64,000 bases of DNA, taken from the IMG/VR virus record IMGVR_UViG_3300035158_000183, positions 110,035 through 174,034 of that record. The stretch is one strand, 5' to 3'. Of the stretch, positions 48,444 to 57,657 are shown piece by piece; position 1 is the first letter of the stretch, and every line of letters begins with the position of its first letter. Source of the stretch: a virus. Under the pieces are notes generated by a model, which searched no databases, was not told the DNA's origin, and worked only from the letters and a program-made list of their open reading frames with translations. Both the position numbers and the translations under genes were made by a program.

Positions 48444-48923
48444 CCAAACTCAGAGATGAGTGGAAAGGAAAGTAGGGAGGAGACGATGAAGTTCGTAAAG
48501 AACTGGTTCTCTAACTTCTTGCCTATGGATACGCCGATCCAGGACAGAGGAGTTAAATTCCATACTGTGGAGCACTTCTTCCAGGCCATGAAGTGTGAAC
48601 GTGACGATTTGGCCGGCCGGAGGGAGATAGCTGAGGCTGCCACTCCAGGCCAGGCCAAGAGACTTGGCAGGAAAGTCATACTTCGCACTGGTTGGGATGG
48701 AATGAAGCTTGAAGTCATGGAATTCGCGCTCCGCCACAAGTTCGCACCTGGTACGTCCTGGCATAAGAAGCTCATGGAGACCACTGAAGAGATAACAGAG
48801 TGGAATAACTGGCATGACAACTTCTGGGGTCACTGCAAGTGTGACCGCTGTGCCGATAAGCCACACCAAAATCATTTGGGCAGACTGCTAACCAAACTCA
48901 GAGATGAGTGGAAAGGAAAGTAG
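48441..48923 (+). repeat. 35-bp perfect direct repeat flanking the NADAR gene
   Basis: TAACCAAACTCAGAGATGAGTGGAAAGGAAAGTAG at 48441-48475 and 48889-48923. Confidence 0.95.
48486..48923 (+). CDS. NADAR (YbiA-like) family protein
   Basis: WFSNF, TVEHFFQAMK, PGQAKRLGR, WD...VM..ALRHKF, E.N.WHDNFWG, NHLGRLL..LR; GGAGG SD before 48486. Confidence 0.92.
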   Translation: MKFVKNWFSNFLPMDTPIQDRGVKFHTVEHFFQAMKCERDDLAGRREIAEAATPGQAKRLGRKVILRTGWDGMKLEVMEFALRHKFAPGTSWHKKLMETTEEITEWNNWHDNFWGHCKCDRCADKPHQNHLGRLLTKLRDEWKGK

Positions 48924-48924
48924 T

Positions 48925-49110
48925 ATGAAACGAGATGCGTACAAACGACGGATGGTTCTGGCTGCTGACTCTGCCATGTGCAAAGTCATCTTCGGTGCGT
49001 GCCCGCTCAAGTGGGCCATGCTCGATGCTGCCAGGAGGTTCAATGTAAGCTTCAAGGCCGTGGCCTATGAGGTTGACATTCGCGGACTGGATGCCCTGGC
49101 TACCGACTAG
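48925..49110 (+). CDS. Hypothetical protein
   Basis: Abuts the NADAR stop. Confidence 0.55.
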   Translation: MKRDAYKRRMVLAADSAMCKVIFGACPLKWAMLDAARRFNVSFKAVAYEVDIRGLDALATD

Positions 49111-49139
49111 TCAGAGTCATCAAATCTTAGGAGGACAAA

Positions 49140-49424
49140 ATGAAAAACACAATCTTGGTAGGAATCATCGCCGGCCTGGCGCTGGCACTGATAGTCATCT
49201 GGTCAGGTGGCTGCTCCAGCAATGGCATCATCGGTCTGGACAACTATGAGCATGGTGTAGCACTATGTGAGTCCAAGTACTCCGCAGTGGTACATCCGAA
49301 CAAGGCTCATGTCTGGAACGATGGAACAGCCACATTTGTCATCAATGAGGGTCACTACCATGATCCCGAGGTCAAAGAACTGGTCAAGCTGGCACACAAG
49401 GAGTGCGCTAAGTTCAGCAACTAA
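49140..49424 (+). CDS. Signal/TM-anchored protein, possible lipoprotein
   Basis: Hydrophobic N-terminus ending SGGC; AGGAGG SD. Confidence 0.65.
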   Translation: MKNTILVGIIAGLALALIVIWSGGCSSNGIIGLDNYEHGVALCESKYSAVVHPNKAHVWNDGTATFVINEGHYHDPEVKELVKLAHKECAKFSN

Positions 49425-49459
49425 AGGATGTTTCTGCCATACTACAGGGAGAACATGGA

Positions 49460-49570
49460 ATGAAGTGTTACACTGGTGTTGGCTTGCGCAATACGCCTAA
49501 AGACATCTTGGATGTTATGACAGCACTTGCGCGATACCTCGCAAACAATGGCTAGACGCTGCGCAGATGA
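49460..49570 (+). pseudogene. SLOG/DprA-like gene remnant
   Basis: MKCYTGVGLRNTPKDILDVMTALARYLANNG*TLR resembles the phage SLOG N-terminus (Y.G.GSR.TP...G.TLRSG); TAG at 49553; remainder missing. Confidence 0.65.
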
Positions 49571-49700
49571 CCATGACATCAAGGATGCAGCCCAGGCCAT
49601 ACTCTCAGAATATGAGTAAGGAAATACATAGCCCTAGCCTACGAGATATCACAATGGAGGAGGACCAAATGTCTAAGCCAAAACTGTCAAAGGTGGCGCC

Positions 49701-50399
49701 ATGACTCGCATATATGGCTGGCACTTCCTGCGCAACAATGGCACCACGAGAGGTGCTACCAGTCCCGAATCCGGGGGACTGGAGGTGTGGGACAAGGAAT
49801 TGATAATGGACGCACAGGGGCTGCATATGAGCAGGCAACCGATTGACGCATTGGACCATGCAGAGAGCGGCATAGTGCGTCGCGTGTACGCGTATGGCGA
49901 CATCGTTGAAGGCGACAATAAACTGGTTGCAAGCCACCGCAAGGAGGTGTGGCGCATCGACGCAACGCAGACCCTGCATTGGTTTGTGGTGTGGTGTGCT
50001 CGACGGGCGCTGCAATTGGATTTGTGGGACGACGATGGACCGGACCCCCGCAGCATTGCGGCGATTAACACAAAAGACAAGTGGCTGCGTTGCAAGGCCA
50101 CGAACGAAGAATTGGCCGTAGCCAGGATCGCAGCCTGGGAGGCAACCGGGAACCCAACCAGGGACGCAGCCAGAGCCAGAGCCAGGGACGTATCCTGGGC
50201 CGCAGCCACCGCCGCATCCAGGGCCGCATCCTGGGCCACAGCCAGGGACGTATCCAGGACCACAGCCTGGGCCACAGCCGGTGACGCATTCAGTGACACA
50301 TCCTGGGCCGCAGCCAGGGCCGCACAAAACGACAAACTTACCGCCATGCTCAAGGCACAACACCGAGAGGAGAGAGGAAGTAATGCGAATCCAGTGTGA
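49701..50399 (+). CDS. Phage protein with Ala/Trp-rich C-terminal repeats
   Basis: WHFL...GLH.S...DAL...KLVAS; RDVSWAAA/RAASWATA repeats at ~50115-50325. Confidence 0.75.
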   Translation: MTRIYGWHFLRNNGTTRGATSPESGGLEVWDKELIMDAQGLHMSRQPIDALDHAESGIVRRVYAYGDIVEGDNKLVASHRKEVWRIDATQTLHWFVVWCARRALQLDLWDDDGPDPRSIAAINTKDKWLRCKATNEELAVARIAAWEATGNPTRDAARARARDVSWAAATAASRAASWATARDVSRTTAWATAGDAFSDTSWAAARAAQNDKLTAMLKAQHREERGSNANPV

Positions 50400-50688
50400 C
50401 ATCAAGTACCACAAGGGCGAGGCCGAAGTGGTATTTGATCAGTACCGAGATGGCAGCCCTGCCATCCAGCTCGTGACCTTCGATGAGGGCTGGCCGGAGC
50501 CAATAGCAATTGCCACTGTGTGGGTGCCAGACCTCGGAGAGAACGAAGTTGCCATCAAGAACTACTCAGAGAATGAAGGAATCCTACAAACACTGGTTAA
50601 TGCCGGTATTGTAGCAGCTCCCCATCGGGAGATGACCAATGGGTTTGTAACCATTTCCATATGTGCCCTGCTCAAGGAGCAGGCATAA
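50383..50688 (+). CDS. Hypothetical phage protein
   Basis: EPIAIATV...IKNYSENEGILQTLVNAGIV. Confidence 0.7.
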   Translation: MRIQCDIKYHKGEAEVVFDQYRDGSPAIQLVTFDEGWPEPIAIATVWVPDLGENEVAIKNYSENEGILQTLVNAGIVAAPHREMTNGFVTISICALLKEQA

Positions 50689-50736
50689 CTGGAAAACAGC
50701 CAAGAAGATGCGCAAGAGCGCAGAGAGGAAAGAACA

Positions 50737-51228
50737 ATGCTATGTGACAAGTGTTACGAGGAACTGAAGAAGGACAATCCCGAAGACGCAGCTAGCCTAC
50801 GTAAACTGGCATATCCATCCGTAAGGAGTACGAGGAGCGCAGCCCTGAGACTTGTCTGCAGGACTAACACGTGCCAGGAGCTGGCTAAGTGGATAGAACC
50901 ATGCGACGTCGCACTTCAAGAGACTGAGGAGGAAGAAGAAGAGACTGCTACCGAAAAGTTCCGTAAGGAGTACGAAGAGCACAGAGATGACATGAAGGGT
51001 GTTTTCGGCGTGGCCGGAGAGATAATCGAGGACCTGGGCCCAGACGTTAAGGCAGTCCTAGAGAAGTACATCAGGCTTCTCCACGACGCCGCCAGCAGGA
51101 TCGAGCTTTCCGAGGAGATGGCCAAAACACAGGCCAAGAACTATGCCAGGCTATTCAATGCTCTGGCAGCTGAGAACTTCACCAAAGAAGAGACCATGGC
51201 CATCATCTGCAGGCCGAGGGTATTCTGA
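50737..51228 (+). CDS. Hypothetical protein
   Basis: 163-aa ORF with SD. Confidence 0.65.
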   Translation: MLCDKCYEELKKDNPEDAASLRKLAYPSVRSTRSAALRLVCRTNTCQELAKWIEPCDVALQETEEEEEETATEKFRKEYEEHRDDMKGVFGVAGEIIEDLGPDVKAVLEKYIRLLHDAASRIELSEEMAKTQAKNYARLFNALAAENFTKEETMAIICRPRVF

Positions 51229-51264
51229 GAAAAACTATCCAGTATTTCCTGCAAGGAGGAACCA

Positions 51265-51702
51265 ATGTGTCTAAAGCTTACAAGAGACTCAGCCAGACTG
51301 AAGAGGAACCTTCGACGTAGGAAGAGGCCAATAATAGCCTATAAACTACTGAATACCGACAATACATCACAGATTAGCCCATACCAATGGGAACCAGGCC
51401 CCAACGAATCTAGCAGGGCCTCAGCAGTTCTAGTATCAGGAGAAATACTGACTAGAGAAGTTCATCAGGGGTTCCACTTCTTCCTAGAAGAGCCTAAGGG
51501 TTGTCCCCGTCCGTGTCAGTGTCGCTGTCCGTGTCTGTATCCGTGTCAGAATCGGTGTCGGTATCGATGTACAGATACATTTCCTACAAACAAAGTGGTC
51601 AAGTTCCGCATTGAACCAACAGATATAGTAGCAGTCGGCAAATGGGACAGCATAGACTGTCTAGTAGCTACCAAGGCCACCATGATAAAGGAGGAGTCAT
51701 GA
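51265..51702 (+). CDS. Phage protein with alternating-Cys insert
   Basis: IIAYK...GFHFF...DIVAVG with insert CPRPCQCRCPCLYPCQNRCRYRC. Confidence 0.7.
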   Translation: MCLKLTRDSARLKRNLRRRKRPIIAYKLLNTDNTSQISPYQWEPGPNESSRASAVLVSGEILTREVHQGFHFFLEEPKGCPRPCQCRCPCLYPCQNRCRYRCTDTFPTNKVVKFRIEPTDIVAVGKWDSIDCLVATKATMIKEES

Positions 51703-51896
51703 AGCATCCAGATAACTCATACTTCCAGGACATGGAGCTATTCCAGGTCTTCATTAGCAGAATGGTGGCCCTGGCCAAGGAAGTTAATGAGAACTTCGAG
51801 GGCGGTCCTGTGTTTGCCCTCGGCTTCATTGAACAGGCCGTCCGGGACAGGATAGCTGAATGTTCACAGGAGGAGCCAGATGGAGAAGATACTTGA
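51699..51896 (+). CDS. Hypothetical protein
   Basis: GGAGGAG SD; ATGA overlap. Confidence 0.6.
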   Translation: MKHPDNSYFQDMELFQVFISRMVALAKEVNENFEGGPVFALGFIEQAVRDRIAECSQEEPDGEDT

Positions 51897-52215
51897 GGTC
51901 CTGAACCAGGACTTCCGCAACGCGACCCACGACACGCTAGCACTCAGTGACGAGGACGGGGAGACCGTAGGATACTTGATGCCCCAACGGACAATCCGCA
52001 TCACCAGCCACAGCGCTAACACTAAGGGCAGATACTTCCGTGGTTCCACGAACGAGGCCGACCCAGTATGCTTCGCAATCCCGGAAGACAATATGTTCCA
52101 TAGCATCAAGATAAGACTGCTGGAACCCCTGGGGAAGGCACCCGAAGCCCTGACAGATGATGAGCACGCTGGCATGGTATATAACCCCTACACCAAGAGG
52201 TGGAGCTTCCTATGA
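51880..52215 (+). CDS. Hypothetical protein
   Basis: GGAGG SD. Confidence 0.65.
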   Translation: MEKILEVLNQDFRNATHDTLALSDEDGETVGYLMPQRTIRITSHSANTKGRYFRGSTNEADPVCFAIPEDNMFHSIKIRLLEPLGKAPEALTDDEHAGMVYNPYTKRWSFL

Positions 52216-52505
52216 AACCGATCAAGGACATGAACTGGCCAGAGATAGGTAGCCTAGTAATAAGGCTAAACATACTAAGCAGGGACCTTAAAGACCTTGC
52301 TGGCCGAGCACAGGGCAATAGGAAGTGCCAGTGGCTCAACCGTAGTGCTCACGCTTCAGCTGCCAGTATCCGCCTCCGAGACATCAAGGGAGTTATCCCA
52401 GATGGTGAAGAGACTGACCAGATAGCTATGGCAAGGGGTATATTCCGCACTCCTGCCATACTTCAAGAAGCAGTCAACACCTGGCTTAGAATGGGCTGGT
52501 TGTAA
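52212..52505 (+). CDS. Hypothetical protein
   Basis: ATGA overlap with the previous gene. Confidence 0.6.
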   Translation: MKPIKDMNWPEIGSLVIRLNILSRDLKDLAGRAQGNRKCQWLNRSAHASAASIRLRDIKGVIPDGEETDQIAMARGIFRTPAILQEAVNTWLRMGWL

Positions 52506-52543
52506 TAATAGATGCCCCAGAGAGGGGCAGAGAGGAGTTGCAA

Positions 52544-52963
52544 ATGTGCAACAGCAAACTGACCGACATCATCCTAACCAATGGCAACGTGCTTCCATTG
52601 TATAGTAAGCTGCCAGCATCCTACATCCACTCGGATGAGCCGCTGGAGCACCCCACGTACCTCTGGAACGGTGAAGTCGAGGTCAACGAACTGTCGAAGG
52701 ACGCCACCCTGGCTGTCATCGACACATTCGCCTACCATGCCCGTCACCAGGAGACTGGAGACATCGTCCGTATTCGTACCGGGAGCTTCAAGCACAGAGG
52801 CCGCCAGTTCTGCCTCAAGCTGCTCGCCGTTATCGACGGCGACAAGCTGCAGCTGGTGGTCGAGCCTGCCAAGGAGCATATGTCTGACATCGCTCCGCTG
52901 TCGCCTGTAAAGATATCTGGGGTATCCCAGGCAGTCCGGAAATTCCGCTCCGAGGCCGCCTAG
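52544..52963 (+). CDS. Hypothetical protein
   Basis: GCCCC-AGAGA-GGGGC hairpin then GAGGAG SD. Confidence 0.65.
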   Translation: MCNSKLTDIILTNGNVLPLYSKLPASYIHSDEPLEHPTYLWNGEVEVNELSKDATLAVIDTFAYHARHQETGDIVRIRTGSFKHRGRQFCLKLLAVIDGDKLQLVVEPAKEHMSDIAPLSPVKISGVSQAVRKFRSEAA

Positions 52964-53172
52964 GATTCTCTTCTCCCAAATCTCCCCGACAGAGTGCCCA
53001 AAGTAGCTATTCCAGGTACCAAAAGTATCTGTCAGGGAATACATTCTACCTGTAATAATCAGTAGTTAATTCAACCGCTATCGGAGTATGTACCAAAAGT
53101 TGTACATTTTCGTCAAAGTTATATGTAAGTTAAGCATTGTTATATGCTCTACTTCATAGAGGAGGAACAATA

Positions 53173-53619
53173 ATGTGCGGCTCATTAAGACTCGAAGGAC
53201 AGAAAGACTTCGTACCAAGAGGCAGCCCAATAGATAGCATCTACCTCGAGGGCAGCCACCAGGACATCACCTCATATGCTTGGGACGGCTATGCCCGGAC
53301 TGACGGTAGGAAAGATGGCACCAAAACTATGGCTGAACAGTGGTCAGACAAGGAGTGGAGAGCCACAACTGTCAAGATTGAGCAGTTCACAGAGTACTGC
53401 AAAGACACTGGCAAGCTGCACAATTTCAATGCCAGCAGAATCGGCGCCATCATCAATAAGCGGGGCCAGCTGAAGATACTGACCCGCCCGGCAAAGACAC
53501 AGCAGGAGGTCGCTATACATCATAGGATGCCAAGCCGCCTTCCCAAGGATATGAGCCTACAGGATTATACCCAGGCTCTCAATAAGGTCACTGGCGGGGA
53601 TTATAAACCCGCTGAATGA
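53173..53619 (+). CDS. SRAP/HMCES (YedK)-like protein, reduced
   Basis: Starts MCG after a GGAGG SD; ...FTE...ILTRPA...IHHRMP. Confidence 0.7.
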   Translation: MCGSLRLEGQKDFVPRGSPIDSIYLEGSHQDITSYAWDGYARTDGRKDGTKTMAEQWSDKEWRATTVKIEQFTEYCKDTGKLHNFNASRIGAIINKRGQLKILTRPAKTQQEVAIHHRMPSRLPKDMSLQDYTQALNKVTGGDYKPAE

Positions 53620-53628
53620 CAGAAAGGA

Positions 53629-54066
53629 ATGACAATGTCACGACACAAGATCAAGATCGACAGGAATGAAGCCACGAAGCGCCGTATGCTCAAGGAAATT
53701 GAGACCGCTGCTGCAGTGCGTAAGCCTGCATGGTGGAAGCGGGCTCTCAACGCCACAGCTGGTAGCCTGAAGACGGCTGCTAAGGCCACCGCCAGGGGAA
53801 CCGCTGTGGCTGCTAAAGCCACAGGCAAGGGCTGCACCACCGGTGCCAAGGCCACAGGATCCTTCTGCAAGGACCAGTACGAGCGTGCTCACAATATGGC
53901 CTATGGTTTTCTGGCCAATGTGAAGAAGGGTGAGAAGCTGGCTGAAGAGCTGGATGAGCAGCTCGAGGCTGCACAACCCTCCATGAACAGGAAGGCTCTC
54001 TTCGATGCTGCTACTGAGCTGAGGGAGCGAGCCAACGTGCTGGAAGCCATAGCCAAGAGGTCGTAG
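53629..54066 (+). CDS. Ala/Lys-rich repeat protein
   Basis: 11-aa periodic AKAT.. repeats. Confidence 0.65.
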   Translation: MTMSRHKIKIDRNEATKRRMLKEIETAAAVRKPAWWKRALNATAGSLKTAAKATARGTAVAAKATGKGCTTGAKATGSFCKDQYERAHNMAYGFLANVKKGEKLAEELDEQLEAAQPSMNRKALFDAATELRERANVLEAIAKRS

Positions 54067-54068
54067 CC

Positions 54069-54182
54069 ATGTACCCACAGATCATGGACTGTCCGAGTTG
54101 TGGTAAACCCAGCAGCGCCTATGAAGACAGCTTCTGCGGCGGCTGCGAAATCTACTCGTTCGACGAGTGGTGCCGACCGTAA
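54069..54182 (+). CDS. 37-aa Zn-finger microprotein
   Basis: MYPQIMDCPSCG...FCGGCE; fills the gap between genes. Confidence 0.5.
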   Translation: MYPQIMDCPSCGKPSSAYEDSFCGGCEIYSFDEWCRP

Positions 54183-54194
54183 CCAGGAGTAACC

Positions 54195-54698
54195 ATGACC
54201 ATCATTCATGTCAAGGGCACCCAGTGCTCAGGTAAGAGCTGCACCATAGCTCCATTCAGAGACGACCCAGACATCGCTGTCTTTGATGTGCTCGACTTCT
54301 ACAAGAAGAAGGGTGCCATTAAAGCAGATAATACGATGGACTGGGACATCTGGGAGACCATCAAATATGAGGTGGCCTATGCTCTGGATACATTCCTGGA
54401 CAGTAATGCCGGCAAGCTAAGAATTGTAGAGTCTGGCAGCAACCTGGTTGTGAACCAGACACTCATCCAGCGGCCGGAGTCCATCACCACACTGGAACTG
54501 AAGACCCCAGATGATACTGTCCTCAAGGCCAGAGCCAAAGAGGTAGGCTTAAAAGAAGATAGAGTAATTGATTTCAAGCAGATGTACCTCCGGAGGCACG
54601 CCGACCGTGAGGAGAATGCATACACCACAGAGGCTGCACAGGAGGTAATCCGCAGCCAGCTCGAGAAACTCAAGGAGGCTAAGAGAGAGGAAGACTAA
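54195..54698 (+). CDS. P-loop nucleotide/nucleoside kinase-like protein
   Basis: IIHVKGTQCSGKS, IVESG, LKAR lid. Confidence 0.75.
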   Translation: MTIIHVKGTQCSGKSCTIAPFRDDPDIAVFDVLDFYKKKGAIKADNTMDWDIWETIKYEVAYALDTFLDSNAGKLRIVESGSNLVVNQTLIQRPESITTLELKTPDDTVLKARAKEVGLKEDRVIDFKQMYLRRHADREENAYTTEAAQEVIRSQLEKLKEAKREED

Positions 54699-55291
54699 TG
54701 TTCTGGAAGAAGAAGCCCAGAAAGACTGCTATTCGGTTCCTGAAGATCTATGATGGAATCGATATGCACCCCAAAGTCGTCTCAGCACCACCGGAGGTGA
54801 CAGAAAAGACACTAAAGGACATAGTCAAGCACCCAAAACGGTATGCCTTTGACGCCCAGCAGCGTGACGGACTAGCATGTCAGCCACGCATCAAGATAGC
54901 TAAGCTTGAGACACCCGAGTATGTAGCTGAACATGACATCGACATCGTCGCCGAGGTCACATATCTATATGATACGCCGCCGCCGCCACGTAGGATGAGC
55001 GGACTAGGAAAGCTACTACTTGCCATCACCATCTGGTTCATACTAGGTAGCCTGGTGCTCATAGTTGGGCATCACCACGCTGCACGTAAATCTGCTATCA
55101 GTGCAGCCTGCTACTATTTCACCCGTGACGGTGTTCCTAACTTCATCGAGATAGATGGAATCCGTTACAACCTTAATCCAGATGGTAGCATAGATGAGGT
55201 AGACAACTTAACAATGGGTGCCTGGCACAGGCAGGTAGTAGCAGAAGGTAAATGTATACGGGTTGATTCAACAGGAAGGAGGATAGAATGA
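54698..55291 (+). CDS. Single-TM protein
   Basis: LLLAITIWFILGSLVLIVG. Confidence 0.7.
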   Translation: MFWKKKPRKTAIRFLKIYDGIDMHPKVVSAPPEVTEKTLKDIVKHPKRYAFDAQQRDGLACQPRIKIAKLETPEYVAEHDIDIVAEVTYLYDTPPPPRRMSGLGKLLLAITIWFILGSLVLIVGHHHAARKSAISAACYYFTRDGVPNFIEIDGIRYNLNPDGSIDEVDNLTMGAWHRQVVAEGKCIRVDSTGRRIE

Positions 55292-55656
55292 GTATTGTTG
55301 GATTACTACTCATTGCATTCGGTTCGGCATTTGCCGTGGTCTACCTGATAAGCCACTACGTACCACTCATATCCACCTGGTTCGGCAAGACATGGAGCCC
55401 AAGGCTCCTCATCTGCTCTGCGTTCCTAGGTCCATTCGATGTACTGGTCACCACCATCCTGATATGTGGAGCATGGATAGGCGTCACTACTGCCGTAACA
55501 GGCGTCGGTATGATGATCTACAACGTTCTGACCAGCATTGGGCTGTCAATCGGCGTTATCTTCACCAAGAAAGTCCTAGCACCACGATGGCGCAGGAAAT
55601 ACAACGAGATCGTTGATGAACAGAAAGCGGTCTCAGTGAAAGGAGAATTGCTATAA
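55288..55656 (+). CDS. Multi-TM membrane protein
   Basis: Three hydrophobic segments. Confidence 0.7.
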   Translation: MSIVGLLLIAFGSAFAVVYLISHYVPLISTWFGKTWSPRLLICSAFLGPFDVLVTTILICGAWIGVTTAVTGVGMMIYNVLTSIGLSIGVIFTKKVLAPRWRRKYNEIVDEQKAVSVKGELL

Positions 55657-55895
55657 TGGAAACCCTCGGATTTATTCTAATTGCCACTGGCATGGTCCTC
55701 TTGAAACTAATAATAGTCTTCATCGTGGCCATTCCTACTGGCATGGGTCTCGGAATCGGCCTCTATGCTGTCAAGAAGTGGTTCGCTAAGTGCGAGGCCA
55801 AGAAACTTCTGGACAAACACGGCAAGGAAGTCAAAGAGGTCGAAGCCGAGGAAGCCGTCGCAGGCGGCGTCACAGCAGCCGGAGCTACCGCATGA
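55656..55895 (+). CDS. Small membrane protein
   Basis: Hydrophobic N-half. Confidence 0.65.
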   Translation: METLGFILIATGMVLLKLIIVFIVAIPTGMGLGIGLYAVKKWFAKCEAKKLLDKHGKEVKEVEAEEAVAGGVTAAGATA

Positions 55896-56392
55896 GGAGG
55901 CTCCTCAATTGGTTCGGTCGTGGTACAAGGAGGCTCACATTCTGGGTCTCTAAGGCCACGACGGCTGTTGTTGCAATCCTTGCAGCCCTGACCGGTCTAA
56001 CAACTATGGATGGCCTCTTCCAGGTCCCACGGCTGGTCGTAGCCTTCTTCATCTTCATCTTCGGCCTGCCCATAGGACTCGCAATATTCGGAGGCTCATT
56101 TAATATATTCCTGTGGCTCGCTACCGTAGTAGTCGTACTATTCGCAATGAATCTGCACAACACCTGGGAGGTAATTACCACCCTGCGTGCTGGCGGTCTC
56201 GATTTCATGATGGCCAGCCAAGCAGTTAGTGCAGTGAATTCAATGGTACCGACACCCGAAGGTATGCGAGACCTACAGATAAAGATTAATAGAGTCAACA
56301 AGAATTACGCGAACCTGTTGGCAGCCTGTGAAGGTGACTATGAGGGTAGGATCTTAGACGATTTCGAGGTACCGAAGCTGAAGAAAGGATAA
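55892..56392 (+). CDS. Membrane protein, paralog of 59056..59409
   Basis: MRRLL...IFIFGLPIGL...LWLA. Confidence 0.7.
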   Translation: MRRLLNWFGRGTRRLTFWVSKATTAVVAILAALTGLTTMDGLFQVPRLVVAFFIFIFGLPIGLAIFGGSFNIFLWLATVVVVLFAMNLHNTWEVITTLRAGGLDFMMASQAVSAVNSMVPTPEGMRDLQIKINRVNKNYANLLAACEGDYEGRILDDFEVPKLKKG

Positions 56393-56396
56393 AGTC

Positions 56397-56798
56397 ATGG
56401 ACGCTGAGGCAGCAGAAGACATCCTCGAGAACCAGGACGAGGCAGAGGACCGAGACCCGGAAGATGAGGCCAGCAATAAGGCACTCCCGTCCGATCCGTC
56501 AATGTTGTACGCTGACGGCGAGGTCTATGACCTAAAGGACCCGGACCAGGTCAGCGACCTCCAGGAGAACCTCCAGGCCAAACGGAACGACCTCAAAGCT
56601 GGACAGCTGAAGAGGTATGAGAACCACTCAACCGAATGGGGCGGTGGCGGCAGGAGCCGGCTGTTATACGATAGCGTCAGGGCTAATCTGGCTCAGCAGT
56701 ACCATGCTGGTGAGCATGACATGACCTGGCAAGAGCAGCACGAAGAAGCCGAAAAGGTCAAGAGAATCGTGGCCATCCGCAACAGGCATAAATACTAA
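56397..56798 (+). CDS. Acidic hypothetical protein
   Basis: 133-aa ORF. Confidence 0.65.
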   Translation: MDAEAAEDILENQDEAEDRDPEDEASNKALPSDPSMLYADGEVYDLKDPDQVSDLQENLQAKRNDLKAGQLKRYENHSTEWGGGGRSRLLYDSVRANLAQQYHAGEHDMTWQEQHEEAEKVKRIVAIRNRHKY

Positions 56799-56835
56799 TG
56801 ATTCGTCAATCACTATTATGGAGAGGAGGACTGTA

Positions 56836-57084
56836 ATGTCAGCTAAATACATACATGACTGTCCGGGCTGCGAATTCATACAAAACCTGACTGTCGAAGG
56901 AGTCATGTATGACATCTACCGCTGCCCCGGTAGAATCATGGGTCCCTCATGGATAGGCCGCTGGAGCAGCAAACCATCGCAGTATTGGAGCATGCCCTGG
57001 GATGTCCTGAGTACAGCAGACATCGAGAACATGACTCCCTTAGCCCAGGCTATATACAAGATAGCTGACGGATACGAAGAGTAG
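56836..57084 (+). CDS. Hypothetical protein
   Basis: GAGGAGG SD; HDCPGC. Confidence 0.6.
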   Translation: MSAKYIHDCPGCEFIQNLTVEGVMYDIYRCPGRIMGPSWIGRWSSKPSQYWSMPWDVLSTADIENMTPLAQAIYKIADGYEE

Positions 57085-57155
57085 GGGAGCCTGTTTACCA
57101 AAACCGCGAAGTAATAGACCTTGCATACTCTCAAGTTCAAGACCAGGAGAAAGAA

Positions 57156-57422
57156 ATGAAACGTCACCTGATAGCCGGCCTGCTAATTGGACTACTGGTA
57201 GCACCAGTGGTCTGGTTTACTCTACCTGCTGGCGCCCAAAATAAACAAGAAAACCCTGTAAGACATATATGGGGAACTGCAACACCCAGAATGTCTGGCC
57301 TCTGCATTGAAGGAGTGAAGTATGTGGTAATTGAAGGGCCCAGTGGTGTGGACCTTGAACCACTTCTTGGCCGAACTGGCAACTTACGCAAATGTATCTA
57401 CAGAGGGAAACACTATGAGTAA
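57156..57422 (+). CDS. Signal-peptide protein
   Basis: MKRH followed by a hydrophobic stretch and AGA; CIEGVKY. Confidence 0.65.
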   Translation: MKRHLIAGLLIGLLVAPVVWFTLPAGAQNKQENPVRHIWGTATPRMSGLCIEGVKYVVIEGPSGVDLEPLLGRTGNLRKCIYRGKHYE

Positions 57423-57657
57423 TTTCAAGGACCCTAAATGTCCCGAGTGTGGCTCGGACCAGCTCTTCTACATTGAGGGCCGCGAGAACCACTACCCCAT
57501 AACAGTCCTCAAGGATGATGGTATGGATGTATGCGGTACTCTATGTGAGAGCTTTACCACAGGGGACAGCAGATTCGAATGCGACGACTGTGAGACAGAG
57601 TGGAGCACCCGTGACGACCTGCTGCATGCCATCAAAGGGAGCCAGGATGCTAAATGA
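57415..57657 (+). CDS. Zn-ribbon protein
   Basis: CPECGS...CDDCE. Confidence 0.65.
   Translation: MSNFKDPKCPECGSDQLFYIEGRENHYPITVLKDDGMDVCGTLCESFTTGDSRFECDDCETEWSTRDDLLHAIKGSQDAK

Noticed and set aside
49553-49555. In-frame TAG as evidence of stop-codon recoding
   Set aside because: Many intact genes (terL, NADAR, ssb) end in TAG and long ORFs are uninterrupted; the SLOG remnant is also truncated.
50115-50325. Ala/Trp repeats as a diversity-generating retroelement target
   Set aside because: No reverse transcriptase or adenine-variant TR/VR pair was seen; it is a low-complexity coding repeat.
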